A DNA stretch of 64,000 nucleotides from Fimicolochytrium jonesii (taxonomy: Eukaryota): positions 310,001 through 374,000 of the forward strand of contig NW_026515683.1 in the NCBI RefSeq assembly GCF_025526975.1, given 5' to 3'. Below are positions 25,318 through 38,505 of the stretch, one piece after another. The translations under genes were made by a program, and so were the position numbers. The notes below the pieces were generated by a model. The model had not been told where the DNA came from. It searched no databases and saw only the letters and a list, made by a program, of their open reading frames with translations. Each line of letters opens with the position of its first letter. Position 1 is the first letter of the stretch.

Positions 25318-28300
25318 CTAAGCCCGCTTCATATTCATCCCGGCCACAAACTTCCTGAATCCCGTCTCGATCTTGGCACTCGTAGCAGCCGTAGACGTGT
25401 TCAACGAAGACATGGTGTTCGAGAACGAGGAACTCGTGCCGGGGTTCGCGAATTGAGGGTTGGCGTTGTTGCTACCAGACGGATCACCCGACCCCGCTCG
25501 TCTTTGGAAAGCGTCCACCACCGTTTGGTGCTCCGCGCGTTTCAATCCCTGGATTCAATGATGCAGCGTGAAAACTGAGTTCATCAAGGCCAATGCAGTC
25601 AGCAGCATGTCAAACATACCTTCAGTTCCAAAACTTTTTGGAAGTTGCTGACACTTGTGTCGTTGAACAGAAGCATGTAGGTTTCCACAATCCCGTCCAC
25701 TGGCTGGTACGGGCGGAGCACAACCTTGAGTAGCTGCTCCACTTTCGTGACCGCTTTGGTAACGATCTTGAGGTATCTGAAGCGCGGAAAAAAAGTCCGA
25801 TTTAGTATCATCATTGGATGAATTGGAATGGTGAACGTGCTTACATGGCTGGTGTCTTCTCCTTCTCCCCATCGGAGTTAATATTCGCCACCTGGATGAA
25901 GATCGTCTTCAGGGCATGGGTGTCGAGAAGCATCTGAAAACGTGGGGTCCTAAAGTGAGAAGGGCGGATGTGAAGATCGACGGCCAATGGCTTATTAACC
26001 TGTTCAGCACCGACTTCAGATATAGGTTTGCAGCGAGTAATATTGCTGTAATATCGTGTCAAGAACGCCCTAAAACATAGATGCATGAGGCCAAGTCCAG
26101 TCACTGAATACGTTCACGCCTCAAACTCACTCTGCAAACTTATCGCAAAACGACCGATAGTATTTCGCATTGGCGCCAAACGCGCGTCGAATAACGGCCA
26201 CATTTCCTGCCAGCGCATGCGCAATCATCGTCACATACTCCGACTGGTCGCCGACGCCTTCGAGCGTGCCCCATGGACGCCGGGCCATTGCGTTCAGTGC
26301 GGGTTCCAGCAGATTTTCGAGGCCGTGGACTAGCAGTTTGATGCCTGCGGTGCACACACTACGGGAATGTGAGCTGATGGTCACACGTGCAAAGAGGGTG
26401 CGTGAAAATGGGGCGCTGCGTACTCCAGGAAAGCATCTTTCTCACGGTTGAAGTTCACCAGTGGGCGAAACTCTTCGTCGATCTTCTCCGCAAGTTTTTC
26501 CTCGAGCTAATGACAATCCTTCAGTCAGCCGCTGTCCAATGAAGAGGAATAGTGACGTGTGGGTGTACCTGAGTTGTTGTGCTGGTGCAATAGTCCGCAG
26601 TGTTGATGATCAAACATATCGTCCTGAGGTCGTCCTCGGTGATCGCTCTCTTCTCGTCTCTATAGCAAGGTCGTGAGTATGAACGGCAGACGAGTAAAGT
26701 ATGTGTCTGGGGCCTTACTTCGGCAGCTTGGCGGAAAGGAGGTCCGCATACTGCTTCAACCACTTCGCAAACAGCCTCACAAGATCCAAGAACGGCTTGT
26801 TTGTCGAAAACTTCGCGCATCGTACCAGCGTCTCGCGGTACAAGTAGAACAGATCCGTGCTAGACGAAAGCACATTCTCCTCCTCTTGCAACACCGGCCT
26901 CATGCGGTACTGCTCAATGATACCAGCCAAAGCCTTATCTTCCATCTCGATGTAGTGGCGCAGGTATGGATCAAACACGGCCGAGATGATCTTGTAGAAT
27001 TTGGACGTCTTTGCAGGCGCCGAGGCCTCACTCGGCAATCCCTCCTCTTCAAGGTTTCGCACCCCGAGCCGCTTGTCCAGCTTTCCTTCAAAGTCGATGG
27101 TCGTTTGCAGCGCCGCGAGCATCAGCTTAACGTCCATTGTCTGATCTGCTTTCGCTAGGACTTCCCCGAGGTCTCGCCTCGTGTCCTGGCAGAAGCTCTC
27201 GCAGAGCACTTCCGCTACTTTCCATTCTGGTGGGAAGATCACGGCGTGCTCTTCATCGAACGTTTTCAGTAGGCGCTTGAGCCATGCATATCGTCGCGAC
27301 ACGTCCCCTAACCCGGCAACCTGGAAGTGAAATTGAGCTCCGAGCGCTAACTTGGTCAAAGTTTCTCATCATTCTTTCGCACCTCTGGATTCATGCGAAA
27401 GATGCTCCGGTAGTCTTTGAGGTGGATGTCACAATACCAGTCGATCAATGCTTTTCTGTAACATGGTCAGGACATGTTTAAGCTCATGGGAAGACCACAT
27501 TGCCAACTGACCTTGCATCGCCTTCCAGGATGTTCACCACCAAGCAAGCGTCGCTGAGTAGAGCCGTCTGACTTCGCAGAGCACCGCCGACAAACCTGAC
27601 CGCCCAATGTCGTCAGTCTCAAACTTGTACAATGTTGCACGGGAGCCTGCGTCGCCCCACACATACCCTCCCTCAAAGTCACGAAAGATCTGCTTGCGCA
27701 AGTCTTGTTGCAAATGGCTGACATTGTCCAGCAACGTGGCAATCTGCACTACATTCTTGTAACTCTTGAAATGCGCTACCAGCTGATTGATGACCTGTAT
27801 TCGTTCGCACCACACGTGAATCCTCAGCGGGAAGGCCATCAGACGTGTGCCCTGCAATTCCTTGCCGCACCTGTACGAGTTGCGCCGCTTCCATGTACTG
27901 TTTGCGACCCGCCATGATCCTCAGTTGTTCGGCCGCTGAGCCTGCACGTCATGCTCAACATCAACAATCCAAAGGCCAGGTGCATTGCCTTAAAGGCGCG
28001 CTCAACCCACCCAACATCTGAAGCCTTCGGAGCACAGTGATTGATATAGTCAGGTTCCGCTTGGAGTGATCCAGCACTTTGATGTCGTTCGTTATTTCTT
28101 GCACCATACGCTCAGATGCGGAGGCCTGCTCCTTAATCTGCTTGATGCTATTGCATAACGCCTTGCATTGACGGCAATATTATTTTGGGTTCCAACGCAG
28201 TACTATGGGGCGACTATGCGGCAGAAAGGCAACCAACCTGGATGGTCGCTTTTGTCTCCTCCAGCTCTTTCTGGCCCCGATCGCCCGCATCCGTCTGGGA

Positions 28301-28710
28301 TCGCACCAAATCCCGCAGCTCTTTATCCATTAGTGCTATCCTCTTCCTCAGTTTCGTCAGAACTGGTTCGACCGTTCCCAATGACTCCTCTGCATTGATT
28401 CGAAGCGATGCACCAGCGGCGAATCACAATCATGTGTCAGCTCCTGTTTCGACAAAGGTTTGGTGCGCTGTTGCCTTGGCGACATCCACTTCCAACTCTC
28501 TCGCACCCGGCCACAACGGAACGTAACAGTTAAGGTCTTACCTGTTGCAAACATGATATTGATGTACTCTATTGGATCAAAGTTTGCCAAGTCTAGAGGG
28601 TCCTTTGCTTCTATCATGGACGCCATGGCGTGCTCCAGGTCCGGGTTCAACCGAATTATCTCCTGGCGAGTACTTTCTTCGGGCTGATCGGGAGTCTCCA
28701 CCAGCGCCAT
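25318..28710 (-). CDS. VPS53: GARP/EARP subunit Vps53
   Basis: [85 protein letters not shown]. Confidence 0.94.
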
Positions 28711-29019
28711 TTTGGCATACTTCGATCAGGGTGGTTACTAGATGTTGGAGGTCGGCGGCAGTAGAATATCGATCGCGTGAATGCCGACGACCCTTTTAAC
28801 AATTCCTGCAAGTTTTCGAACTTTCCGATTGCAGTTGGAGGACGAAAGGGGACCAAAGCTTCAAACTCATCCAAAACGCGTACCCATGCAAACGTCACTG
28901 CAATCTGACCGCAATCACGATTCATGGAGCTGTGATCGAGTTGTACAGTACGTCTGCAGCTGTGAGAACTTCAACTGCCGGGCTTTCAAACATCGACGTC
29001 ACCCAGAACCCACAGCAAG

Positions 29020-29916
29020 ATGACCTCGAAACAAACTGTCCTCATCACAGGCTGCTCAGACGGCGGCATCGGCCATGCGCTCGCCCAGCGCTTCCACAAG
29101 GGAGGCTACCGCGTGTTTGCCACCGCGCGCAGGCTCGAGGCAATGAAAGATTTGGCAGCCTCGGGAATCGAAACGCTTGTCCTGGACGTCACAAAGGCGG
29201 ATTCCGTGGCAGCAGTCCTGGCTGAAGTGACCACCCGAACGAACGGAAAGGGGCTCGACTACCTGATCAACAACGCCGGTCAGCCGTTTGCGAGCCCGGC
29301 TTTGGATGTCGATATCGACGGAGCGAAGGCTATGTTTGAAACAAACCTGTGGGGTACTATTCGAATGAACACGGCTTTCCAGCACCTTCTCCTTACGGCA
29401 CAGGGCACCATTGTCCATGTCGGTTCCGTCGCCGGATACATCCCATTCATTTTCGGTGCCGCATACAACGCATCGAAAGCGGCACTTCACGCGTACTCGA
29501 ACACCCTCCGACTCGAAGTTGGCCCGCTGGGGATCAAAGTCATGACGATTGTTACTGGAGGCGTCGGGAGCAACATCACCTCGCAGTCCGGTTACAATAT
29601 CATCTCTCCTCCGGGCAGTCTTTTTGCGGGCGTTGTGCAGCAAGTCATTGCTGCCAAGAGGAACGTTGTCGATACGGGGATGCGCACCGAGGTGTATGCG
29701 GAGAAAGCATTTGTGCAGATTACGGGAAGAGGAAGGTGGTATCAGCTGTGGAGCAAGAATGCGAGGCCTGCGCAGATCTGGTTGGGAGCACGATCGGTGA
29801 CAATCTGGCTTGGGAGCTTCTTCCCTGTTGAGCTCTTTACGAAGCCACAAATGAGGCTGTTCGGGCTGGATAGGCTGTTAAAGGCGGATAGGCAGTTGAA
29901 GTCCAAATCGGAATGA
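29020..29916 (+). CDS. Short-chain dehydrogenase/reductase, Ayr1-like (1-acyl-DHAP reductase family), intronless
   Basis: VLITGCSDGGIGHALA, ATARR, LINNAG, catalytic S..YNASKAALH. Confidence 0.88.
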   Translation: MTSKQTVLITGCSDGGIGHALAQRFHKGGYRVFATARRLEAMKDLAASGIETLVLDVTKADSVAAVLAEVTTRTNGKGLDYLINNAGQPFASPALDVDIDGAKAMFETNLWGTIRMNTAFQHLLLTAQGTIVHVGSVAGYIPFIFGAAYNASKAALHAYSNTLRLEVGPLGIKVMTIVTGGVGSNITSQSGYNIISPPGSLFAGVVQQVIAAKRNVVDTGMRTEVYAEKAFVQITGRGRWYQLWSKNARPAQIWLGARSVTIWLGSFFPVELFTKPQMRLFGLDRLLKADRQLKSKSE

Positions 29917-30382
29917 GCCGGGGGTTAGTGCCCAAACAGGGCACCATCATTGCACCTACATTCACAACATTTGGCGCATGCTGAGGAGGCATCGAATTTG
30001 CCATGGTTGCCCAGGGGGGAAGCTGCTATCCGTTGCTTCCGAGGTGGAGTCTGTTCGGTCAATGTCAAAGAAGAGATGTGCATCAACAATCAAGAGTGGG
30101 ATTGGGTTCCGATTGCGCGTTGCATCGGAGGAGCTACATATCAGAGTTTCGTTGTGCCACGCAGCGAGTAAGGCGTAGAGCAGGATAGTTTGTTTAGAAT
30201 TCAGTTTGTATGTATGTGGATTGCAACCAGCGAATAGAATGCATTCTGATAAAGGTAGTCTCCCGTCTCTCTAGAGGCCTTGCTACTCAATTCTCAAAAT
30301 GCGATGCCCGGAAATGGTTCTATCTGGGCCAGTCCTTCCTGCTAACCACTATGGACTACAAAGTTTGGGCACAGGTCACCTT

Positions 30383-31225
30383 TTACTTAGCCGCGACCGC
30401 TGGCACCTTCTCCGCAACCTTTTCCGCCACCTTCTCTGCTGCCTCCTTGCCACCCATGCTGAGGAAGACGTAGCGCATCAGGAAATGCCAAGTATTCTAT
30501 CGAAAATGAACGCGTACTTACTGATGGTATTTTAAGAACCGGTATCCTTGCGTCAACTGTAACACTTCATTCGTCGCGTGGCAAGAGAAAAGGAGCATAT
30601 TCCTGGGCTGCACCATCCACGCGAAACGCATGAACATTAGCGAGTAGAGCGTCATAGCTAAGAGAATCGGTAATAAGTATCTCCATTCTGGATACCGACG
30701 GCATGTTACCTTCACACAAACCTGTCGTCATTTTCCCACTGATGTATTCTGGCGATCGTTTAAGGTCAGCCATCGCAGCCAATGGTAGACCCCAGTTCGC
30801 GACGGGACCCCAGAAGTGCTAATGTAAATGAACGGTAAGGTTCGTCAGACTCCATATTAGGTATATACTAACTTCGAGCAAACAAGAAACGTACAGTGCT
30901 GGAAAAGGAAAAGAAAAAGTCGCGGTTAGTCGATGACCAGCTTGAATCGCAATGCACGAAAGCCCGGCAGAACAATTGTATGCAGACAACTCCAGGCACT
31001 AGCGCCGGCAAGTCCTATAACGTCTGAGCACAACGCTCCTCTCTTTCCTTGACCTGCCTTCCGTCCAGTGCGATACCTCGCAACGGCCGTCCGCCTTTGT
31101 CCCGCTCCCATTAGCGCGGAAGTTCAGTCCTCGGAAAGCGAAACGTACCTCATGAGGTATTGGCGGAACTCCTTGCTGGACACATAGGTAGCCAGCCGGG
31201 TCGTTATCGGTTGTTGGGCAGACAT
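30383..31225 (-). CDS. MPC1: Mitochondrial pyruvate carrier subunit 1
   Basis: Spliced [71 protein letters not shown]; five coding exons including a 4-nt exon. Confidence 0.95.
30895..30898 (-). other. 4-nt microexon (CACT) of MPC1
   Basis: Minus strand reads actaac-cgcgactttttcttttccttttcc-AG|CACT|GTacgt; it is needed to restore the frame and the conserved S-T-H-F-W. Confidence 0.88.
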
Positions 31226-31524
31226 GTTTGTGTGTGTAGTGTCTGATAGGTGCTCTGTGCGGTGAGTGTGGGAGCTTTTTGCTGGGAGCAAACCAGCGAC
31301 GACCTGCTGGTGACGTTGATGTTTGAGATCGATGAGCTTTCGTAAGTCCGTCCGGCGCGTCGAAACGGGGCAAGATTCCCACCAACTTCAGGTGATGCTT
31401 GCAGCACTTCGTCCTGCACGGTACACTATTACAACGGGGAGAGAAGATAGACAGCGGCTTCAGGAAAATAGGTGGTTGTAACGAACCCCGAAAGCCGTTC
31501 CAATCGCTGGCATTGGTTCCAGTC

Positions 31525-34500
31525 ATGGCAGAGGAGGAAGGACCAGAGGCAGTGCAGGCTCCGTCTGTGGGTCCGCCAACCGGAACGCAGCCAAGTCGGC
31601 CACAGCCGTCCACAATCCAAATATACGCTCGGGTCCGTCCAGCAAGGCCAAATAGCAAGCTTCGAATTGATCCAAACCGATATGTCTGCAATTCGTCAGA
31701 AACGGAAAAGCCGCGCATCGGGTTCCTCATACCTAAAGATGAGGCCGCTGGGATGGTCAACAACCAGAGAGAAGCTTATGACTTCCAGTTTGACCGAGTG
31801 TTTGATATGGGCGCGACCCAGGAGGAGGTGTTCGATGTGGTCGCCAAGCCTGTAGCGTTGAGGTATGGGTGATGGTCAAGGTGGCGTTGCGTGGCCAGCG
31901 TTTACTTATCAAACTCGCGTCACAGCGCTATGGATGGCTATAATGGCACCATCTTCGCGTACGGGCAGGTATGTTCGATATGGGCCGTCGATACGAAGCA
32001 GCGGAACCTTGGCTCATAGGTGTACTATCGTCTGTCAGACGGGATCCGGTAAAACATTCACCATCACGGGAGGCGCGGAACGATACTCCGATCGTGGTAT
32101 CATACCGAGGACCCTACAATTCATATTCAAGGAGATGTCGAAAGTGGGTAAGGACCCAAGTCTTTGGCAGAGAGTTGCAACTCGCGCTAAGCAGTCATCA
32201 ACGGCAATAGAGACATGATATCCAATACGAGGTTAGCATTTCATATCTGGAGATATACAATGAGCTGGCCTACGACCTTCTGGATAGCACCCGTGAGGCG
32301 AAGAAGCTCGAGGATCTACCGTAAGCTCGCGTTTCTGTCGGAATTAAGAGCTATTGGAAAGCCTTGTGGCTAAATGCATTGTTGCAAAAGGAAGGTTTCG
32401 CTACAAGAGGACGAACAGGGCAACGTGCACTTGGGAAATCTGTCATGCGTACCAGCCAAGAACGAAGAAGAGGCGCTGAACCTGCTCTTTATCGGAGATA
32501 CGACGAGGATGATTGCCGAGACGCCGTCCAATCCTTCATCGTCACGTAGTCATTGTCTCTTTATCATATCGTTGTTGGCAAAACGAGAGGGGGATGCTAC
32601 CATTCGCAGGAGTAAGCTCCACCTTGTAGATCTCGCAGGGTAAGCGTCAACTTGGAGCCATGGGGATACAGAGTTCAAGAGGTTGACGTTGTCCGCCCAC
32701 ACAGATCTGAGAGAGTTGCCCGCACAGGGATAAACGGCACCCTGCTGAAAGAGGCAAAGTACATCAATCTATCCCTGCATTACCTCGAGCAAGTCATTAT
32801 CGCGCTTCACGAGAAAGCACTCGGCAAACGAACCCACATACCCTATCGCAACTCAGTGATGACGACTGTGCTCCGGGATTCGCTCGGTGGAAACTGTAGG
32901 ACAACGATGGTTGCGACTGTTGCGGTGGAGGATGTGCTCATAGATGTACGTACCGAACTAGCGTTCGACGCAACCACCATGGGGAATGTCGAGCTGATCG
33001 CTGGACGAAACAGGAATCCATCTCGACATGTCGATTCGCTCAACGCGTGGCATTGATTTCCAACAATGCAACCCTCAATGAGGAATTGGATCCCCATCTA
33101 CTCATTGCTAGGTTGAAGCGTGAGGTTGCTCGTTTGAAAGTCGAGCTTGCGATCGCAAGAGGCGAGACTGGGGACCAAAGTGACGAACTCCCAGCCTATG
33201 AAATCGAACGGTACGCACCAGGGACCCGAAAATTGAGGTGAAACGCGGAAGGGATTGACGTATGGCAACTTCATAGATTGCGAGTGGCTGTGAATGACTA
33301 TTTGCGTGACAACTCGAAAGACGCTTCGCTACTCTTTGCAGACTCGCGGAAGACACAGGAAGCTTTCCGAATCATGAAGGTACACCCTGTTCACTCCGCA
33401 GACAACAATGTATGTCCCCTGGCTGATCTGACGTAAAGGAAATGGTCAGGTCCGGAGGCTCAGCGTCGCCTGATACCGACCAGTCTCGGAAACCGGCATT
33501 GAACGCTTTGTCGCCGACCAATGACTCTACTGTGGATACAAACGAGGTTCAGCGTCTCGCGAGGTTACTAGCGCATCGGGATAATGAGATAAGTAAGTAG
33601 ATGAGAGTCGAGGAAGAGATTGTAAACAAGCATACCGACGTATCGCCCTTTCGACCTCAGATGTGCTCGTCGGAATGGTCAACAAGCTTCGATCTGGGCA
33701 GGACCCTCGCAGCCAACCACTCAAGGTGCGTTAAACGCTCTGCGTTTGGCAGGATCAATGGAATATTCACCCTTCCTACATAACAGACCAAAGATCTTGT
33801 CCCATCCCACCAAAGCTCACCGAGCCTCCTCGAATCCGCAGCCCCATCAATTTCATCCCAGCCTGCTAGTACAACGGCTTCCGTAAATGGTACGCCCAAC
33901 CCCAGCAAAAGCATGTTCTTCTTCCATGTGCTAAGCTAACAGTTTGACGGACGACCACTAGGCCTGAACTCTCGCCTCAGAGCCAGCGTGCCTCAACTCA
34001 CTTCGGAAAAGGCCAAAGCCTTCGAGATATTCAAACAAGGATACCCATCAGGTGAATGGATCGAGGGGCAGAAAACCTTGCTGAAGGGCAAGTACAACGA
34101 TGCCAAAGCTCTTGGGGAGAAGGCCAACCAGCTTAGGACCGAGATCAGTGAGTTGTTTTTGATTTCATATCTACCGGGAATTCACATGTTGAATAGGCTC
34201 ACCCTTCCTCAGAAACCATGAAGTCTAAGATTGGAGAGGATGCCTCCGACCCGGATGAACTTGCGGACCTGCGAAAGACTGTGGTGGATAGGTCAGCTAG
34301 GTACATTGAGGCAGAACGATAATGTGCTTCATCATTTCCATTTCCATAAATGCCTTTGTGTCAACAAATATCTCCGACAGGTACAAAGAGTCGTATCAAC
34401 AGCTCAAAGATCTGAAGCTTGAAATCGAGCATTTGCAACATCTGCTCGAACAAGCACGGCATCGACTCACTCGTGATTTCGAGCATTGGTACGCAAACGT

Positions 34501-35489
34501 GTACCTAGCAACAGCCGAAGATATGCCACCGGAAAGAGACAGAATGCCGCCGGATGATGTTGAGCTTCGGTCTCGCTCATCGTCCGTCTCCTCCTTTGCC
34601 GCGTCGTCGTCTAATCTGGCAAAGGGATCCAAATACGGGAGTCTCACCGAATTGTCGGATCAGAGGCAGTATCAGCCTTCGTCGATGAGACAGCAGGACG
34701 TGGGAGGTGGAGGTATGTCGGGGTCTCGAACGGCATCGATGGACACTGTGACGCGGGATGACGCACATGTGACCCCGAGAGACCCACCGGTAAGGATATT
34801 TCTTCCAACATCAATCGCTCAGGAAGACGGTGGTGTACTTCAGTCTGACATCTCCCCGCTAGGTACTTCCAAAGTATGTTTATCCATCCGATCTGCAAGC
34901 GCAACCGCCACGCGTGGCCTCCAATACAATCCCATCTCGCCAACCACTTCCAGACACGGTTCCATGGACCCGCGCTTCACCCGCCGCGGAAACGCCATGG
35001 GCCTCACAGCCTGCATTACACCATCAACGTTACTCTTCCACAGACACCACCACAACCGGCATGTCCGCCTCAACCCTGAACGACCCCAACCCACCCTATC
35101 GCATGCACAGAGACTTCAGCACCGGGTCCTCATCCACACCAACCCCGTCAGCAGCGTATGATCCCCGCCAGCTGCCCAAACAACGCAGCCACCACGCCTC
35201 CACATCCGCTTCCGATATCACCGCCGCACCATACCCATCCTACCGCCGCGCACCCTCGCCGAAACTGTCTGCAACCGCGTCGGCGATTCTGCGAACTCCA
35301 CCGCAATTACTGCCTGTCGGTCACGCGGGACATAATCCATTGGCATCCCCGCCGCCATTATTGCCGGCGATGCAGAAGCATCATGCTGCGCCGTCGACAC
35401 ACGTGCCGGCTGGGAATGTGCAGGAGGATGTGGCGGAGTTTTATAGGATGAGGAACAGCATGTTGAATCGTATTGGCAAGGTGGAGTAA
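31525..35489 (+). CDS. KIF6: Kinesin-9 family motor, KIF6-like
   Basis: [82 protein letters not shown]; tail [23 protein letters not shown] and DVAEFYRMR. Confidence 0.92.
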
Positions 35490-35830
35490 GAGCGGATGTC
35501 GTTCCTAGGAACACGTCGCACATTAAATACTGGGCGATTGGACCGACCCTTCTGTAAATATTCGTCACAACGTCGTGCCGGCCCGTCTCCCCGTCAATTG
35601 TGCATAGTCAAATTAGACATGGGCCTGGTACTCTATATCTAACCAGAAGGACTAGTCTACAGTATTATGACGGTGCTAGGGCTCTCCTTAAGCACTCGCA
35701 GGTGCAAGGGAAAAGTATAAACAATTGTGGAAGGGGCGCAATGGCGTGTGTGTCCATGTGAGCCTCAATTGGGGCGTCGTGAGTGGTATATACATGTGCA
35801 GTGGGAGGAGGGTTGGTGATGCCTGGTGGC

Positions 35831-38192
35831 TTAATCCAGGTCGATGACAGTCCCGCTCCAAGCCGGTAAAGACGGAGTCGACCGGGCCGACGACGTTGCA
35901 CGTTTAGCCCGGTGAACGAGTGCAATGTCGTCGTCCTCCAGGTCGATTACCCCGTCATCTGTTTCGGAATGCTTTCGTTTTCGTGAGGATGGATCGTTTG
36001 GTAGTGCTGATGTCGATGCTGATGGGGATGATGATCCTTTAGGTGTTGATTTCGCGGTATGTGAGGCTTCTTGGTAGGATATTGACTCTCCACTGGGTAA
36101 AATGACGCAGCGATCTGCGTCAGGGTATTTGGAGAGGAGTTTTGAGAATATTACATCGATCCTCAGATCCTATGGCAAAGAAAGAGGTAAGCACGGTGGA
36201 CACGGCAATGAGGGTATGTACGTCAACGTACCTTCGCATCTACGCGTCTGGCGCAGATGGGGCACTTCCATTTGCTATTAGGAGCATTGTTGAAAGACAG
36301 GAATGACTGTAGCAGTTAAGAGTCCTTGTAAGTGACGCGATGTTTGACAACATCCCAAAGGCAGTTACGGACCTCGCAATCGAAGCATTGCATGTGATGA
36401 CACAAGTGGCTCTTGCTCGGGATATTTATCCGCATCAGAGTCAAGGGGCACTGGAAGGAGACTATCTGGTTGCCCATCTCGATGTCATCATCTTGCGAAT
36501 TGCCTTTCTTTGCCGTATCCTGACCGTGCTTTGATATTATCTCGTCCTGGAAGAGTTTCTGTGCGTCTGCTAATGCCGGGATCCCCGTCGCGGTGAATGC
36601 CTGATACCCATCCGGAAGTGGCGTGGTGGGTGGAGGAGGTTGTGGAATGTCCTTGTAACCTGGAAGAGGTTGTGAGATCATGCCGTACTCCAATTTGACA
36701 GACTAGCCGACATACCGTACTGTCGTAACGTTTGCTCGTATACTCTACACACGGCCTGGAGGAAGTGAGAACATTACCATCAGCGTCATCACTGAGCATC
36801 GTCAGAAGATAGAGATGCACCTACCGTTTCTATAGGAAGCCGTCGGAGACAAAGCATGGCTAATACGCCACTCCGGCAGTATGACGGAATGGTGAGGTTG
36901 ACGTGGACGGGCACTGACGGTTTCCCGGTCCCTATTTTTATGAGACTTTTGATCTGGGTGGTGATGTCTAGAAAAGGATCGGTCTCCGAACCCCTTTGCT
37001 AAGCAAACCGCGGTGTCTCGGTAAGGATGCTTGCTGACTATCGTAAATGACCTCCTACTCGTGGTACAAACCATTGGAGGTGCCAAGGGAAGGCCGTTGA
37101 TCGCAGGATGGAGGCCGTTTTTCCAACTCTGATCGTTGATAAAAGCATACGTTGACTGGTTGAATAAATATAGATGAAAGCGACAATCATCCTCGTTGAT
37201 GGCAGGCTGCGTCAGCGATAGTTGGCAGTCCGCCAGAACCGGATTTCCCTTCCAATCATCGGAGCGAAAGGCGAACCGCCGGGCAAAGCAGGGTAATTCC
37301 AACTTGTAATGAATAAGATGCGAGGCGGGTAAATGCTTCCTGTGAAAAGTGTATCGGTGAGCGATTACTTCGTCGGAGGACACATCCTCCACCGATCGCG
37401 TACCAAGCATTGGTAAGGTCCGCGGGCAAAGCCTCTGTTACTCCGTAGGTTGGCGGCAGATATAATGGGGGGCCATTTGGTAGTCCTGTGGCTACATGAG
37501 GGTAACTACAAATCCCATAGGCGATCAGCCATGAAAGCGACATGAATTCTGATTTAGGTATCTCTACCTACCTTCGTGGTGTTGGAGTCACCGAGCCACT
37601 CGCCGCTGGTGACAAAGATGGCCAAAGTGCAGACCGCACGCGCTGCACTACGTCCGCTTTTGCCCCCGACACTGCAAGCCAGTGCATATGCTTTTCGTCC
37701 TTCAAGAAGCGGACAAGCGCCTTCAACTTTGAGCCGTCAGTTAGTCAACGGTTTTGCCCTCGATCCCGTCCCCGCGTTCCTTCCCCTCACTCCTTTGACT
37801 TTTCAGTCCGCAAAGTGAACTAAGCAACGAATACATCTACGAAAGTAAACACTTACATCCGCAACGGTGAAATTCGACAAACTGTGAGGTTCCTACACGG
37901 GGTCTTTCGTTAGAGAGTGCGCTTCAAAACGCCCGCGTGAATGCCAAAGGATCCGGGAGTTTACATACAAGGTACCGCTGGAGTACGTTGGCAGAGTATC
38001 TGCCTAATTAGTCACATGAAATGGATTAACGAGACTCCCGCTGTTCCCATCTCCTTCTCCAAAAGCCTCACCTAGCGCGGTAGTTTCCTGAAGCTGTTTA
38101 ATATCATGGTCGGTCAAAGGCGGAGTCGGCGGAAGCTTAGTCGCCGAAGCAGACCCACTTGCCGGGGTGCTGTTGCCGGCGGTATTGGACAT
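35831..38192 (-). CDS. Siz/PIAS-type SUMO E3 ligase (SAP + SP-RING + SIMs)
   Basis: SAP-like FTVAD|LKALVRFLK..VSGAKADVVQRVRSAL; SP-RING DDDIE..VSFQCPLTLMRINIP..CHHMQCFD..WKCPIC; SIM-like VIDLEDDD and terminal VIDLD*. Confidence 0.85.
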
Positions 38193-38505
38193 GGTGGTGG
38201 CGAAACTCCGGAAGCACAGTCGGGTAGGCGATCGCTGAGAGGGAACACTACTAGTAGGAGATCCTATGGTGCGCAACAGCCACAGCAGCAGGCAGGATAG
38301 TAGAGGGACACCACGAATATGTGTGTACGAACTGCTGAGCAACAACCTCCCAGCCTGCTCCCCCAAGCCTGCCCCCAAGCGCACCAAGCGCGTCTCCGCA
38401 CTGTAGTTTTTCCCAAGGCCATCTCCCGGAAGAGCTGCTTTTCATTTCAAACGAGCGCTGGATAACGCTTTCTTTCGCAAAACGAACTGAATTCGCGAGG
38501 CAGAC

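Noticed and set aside
29056..29850. 264-aa minus-strand ORF
   Set aside because: Antisense shadow of the SDR gene with no recognisable motifs
30999..31763. 254-aa minus-strand ORF
   Set aside because: Overlaps KIF6 antisense, the shared promoter and MPC1 out of frame; no family features
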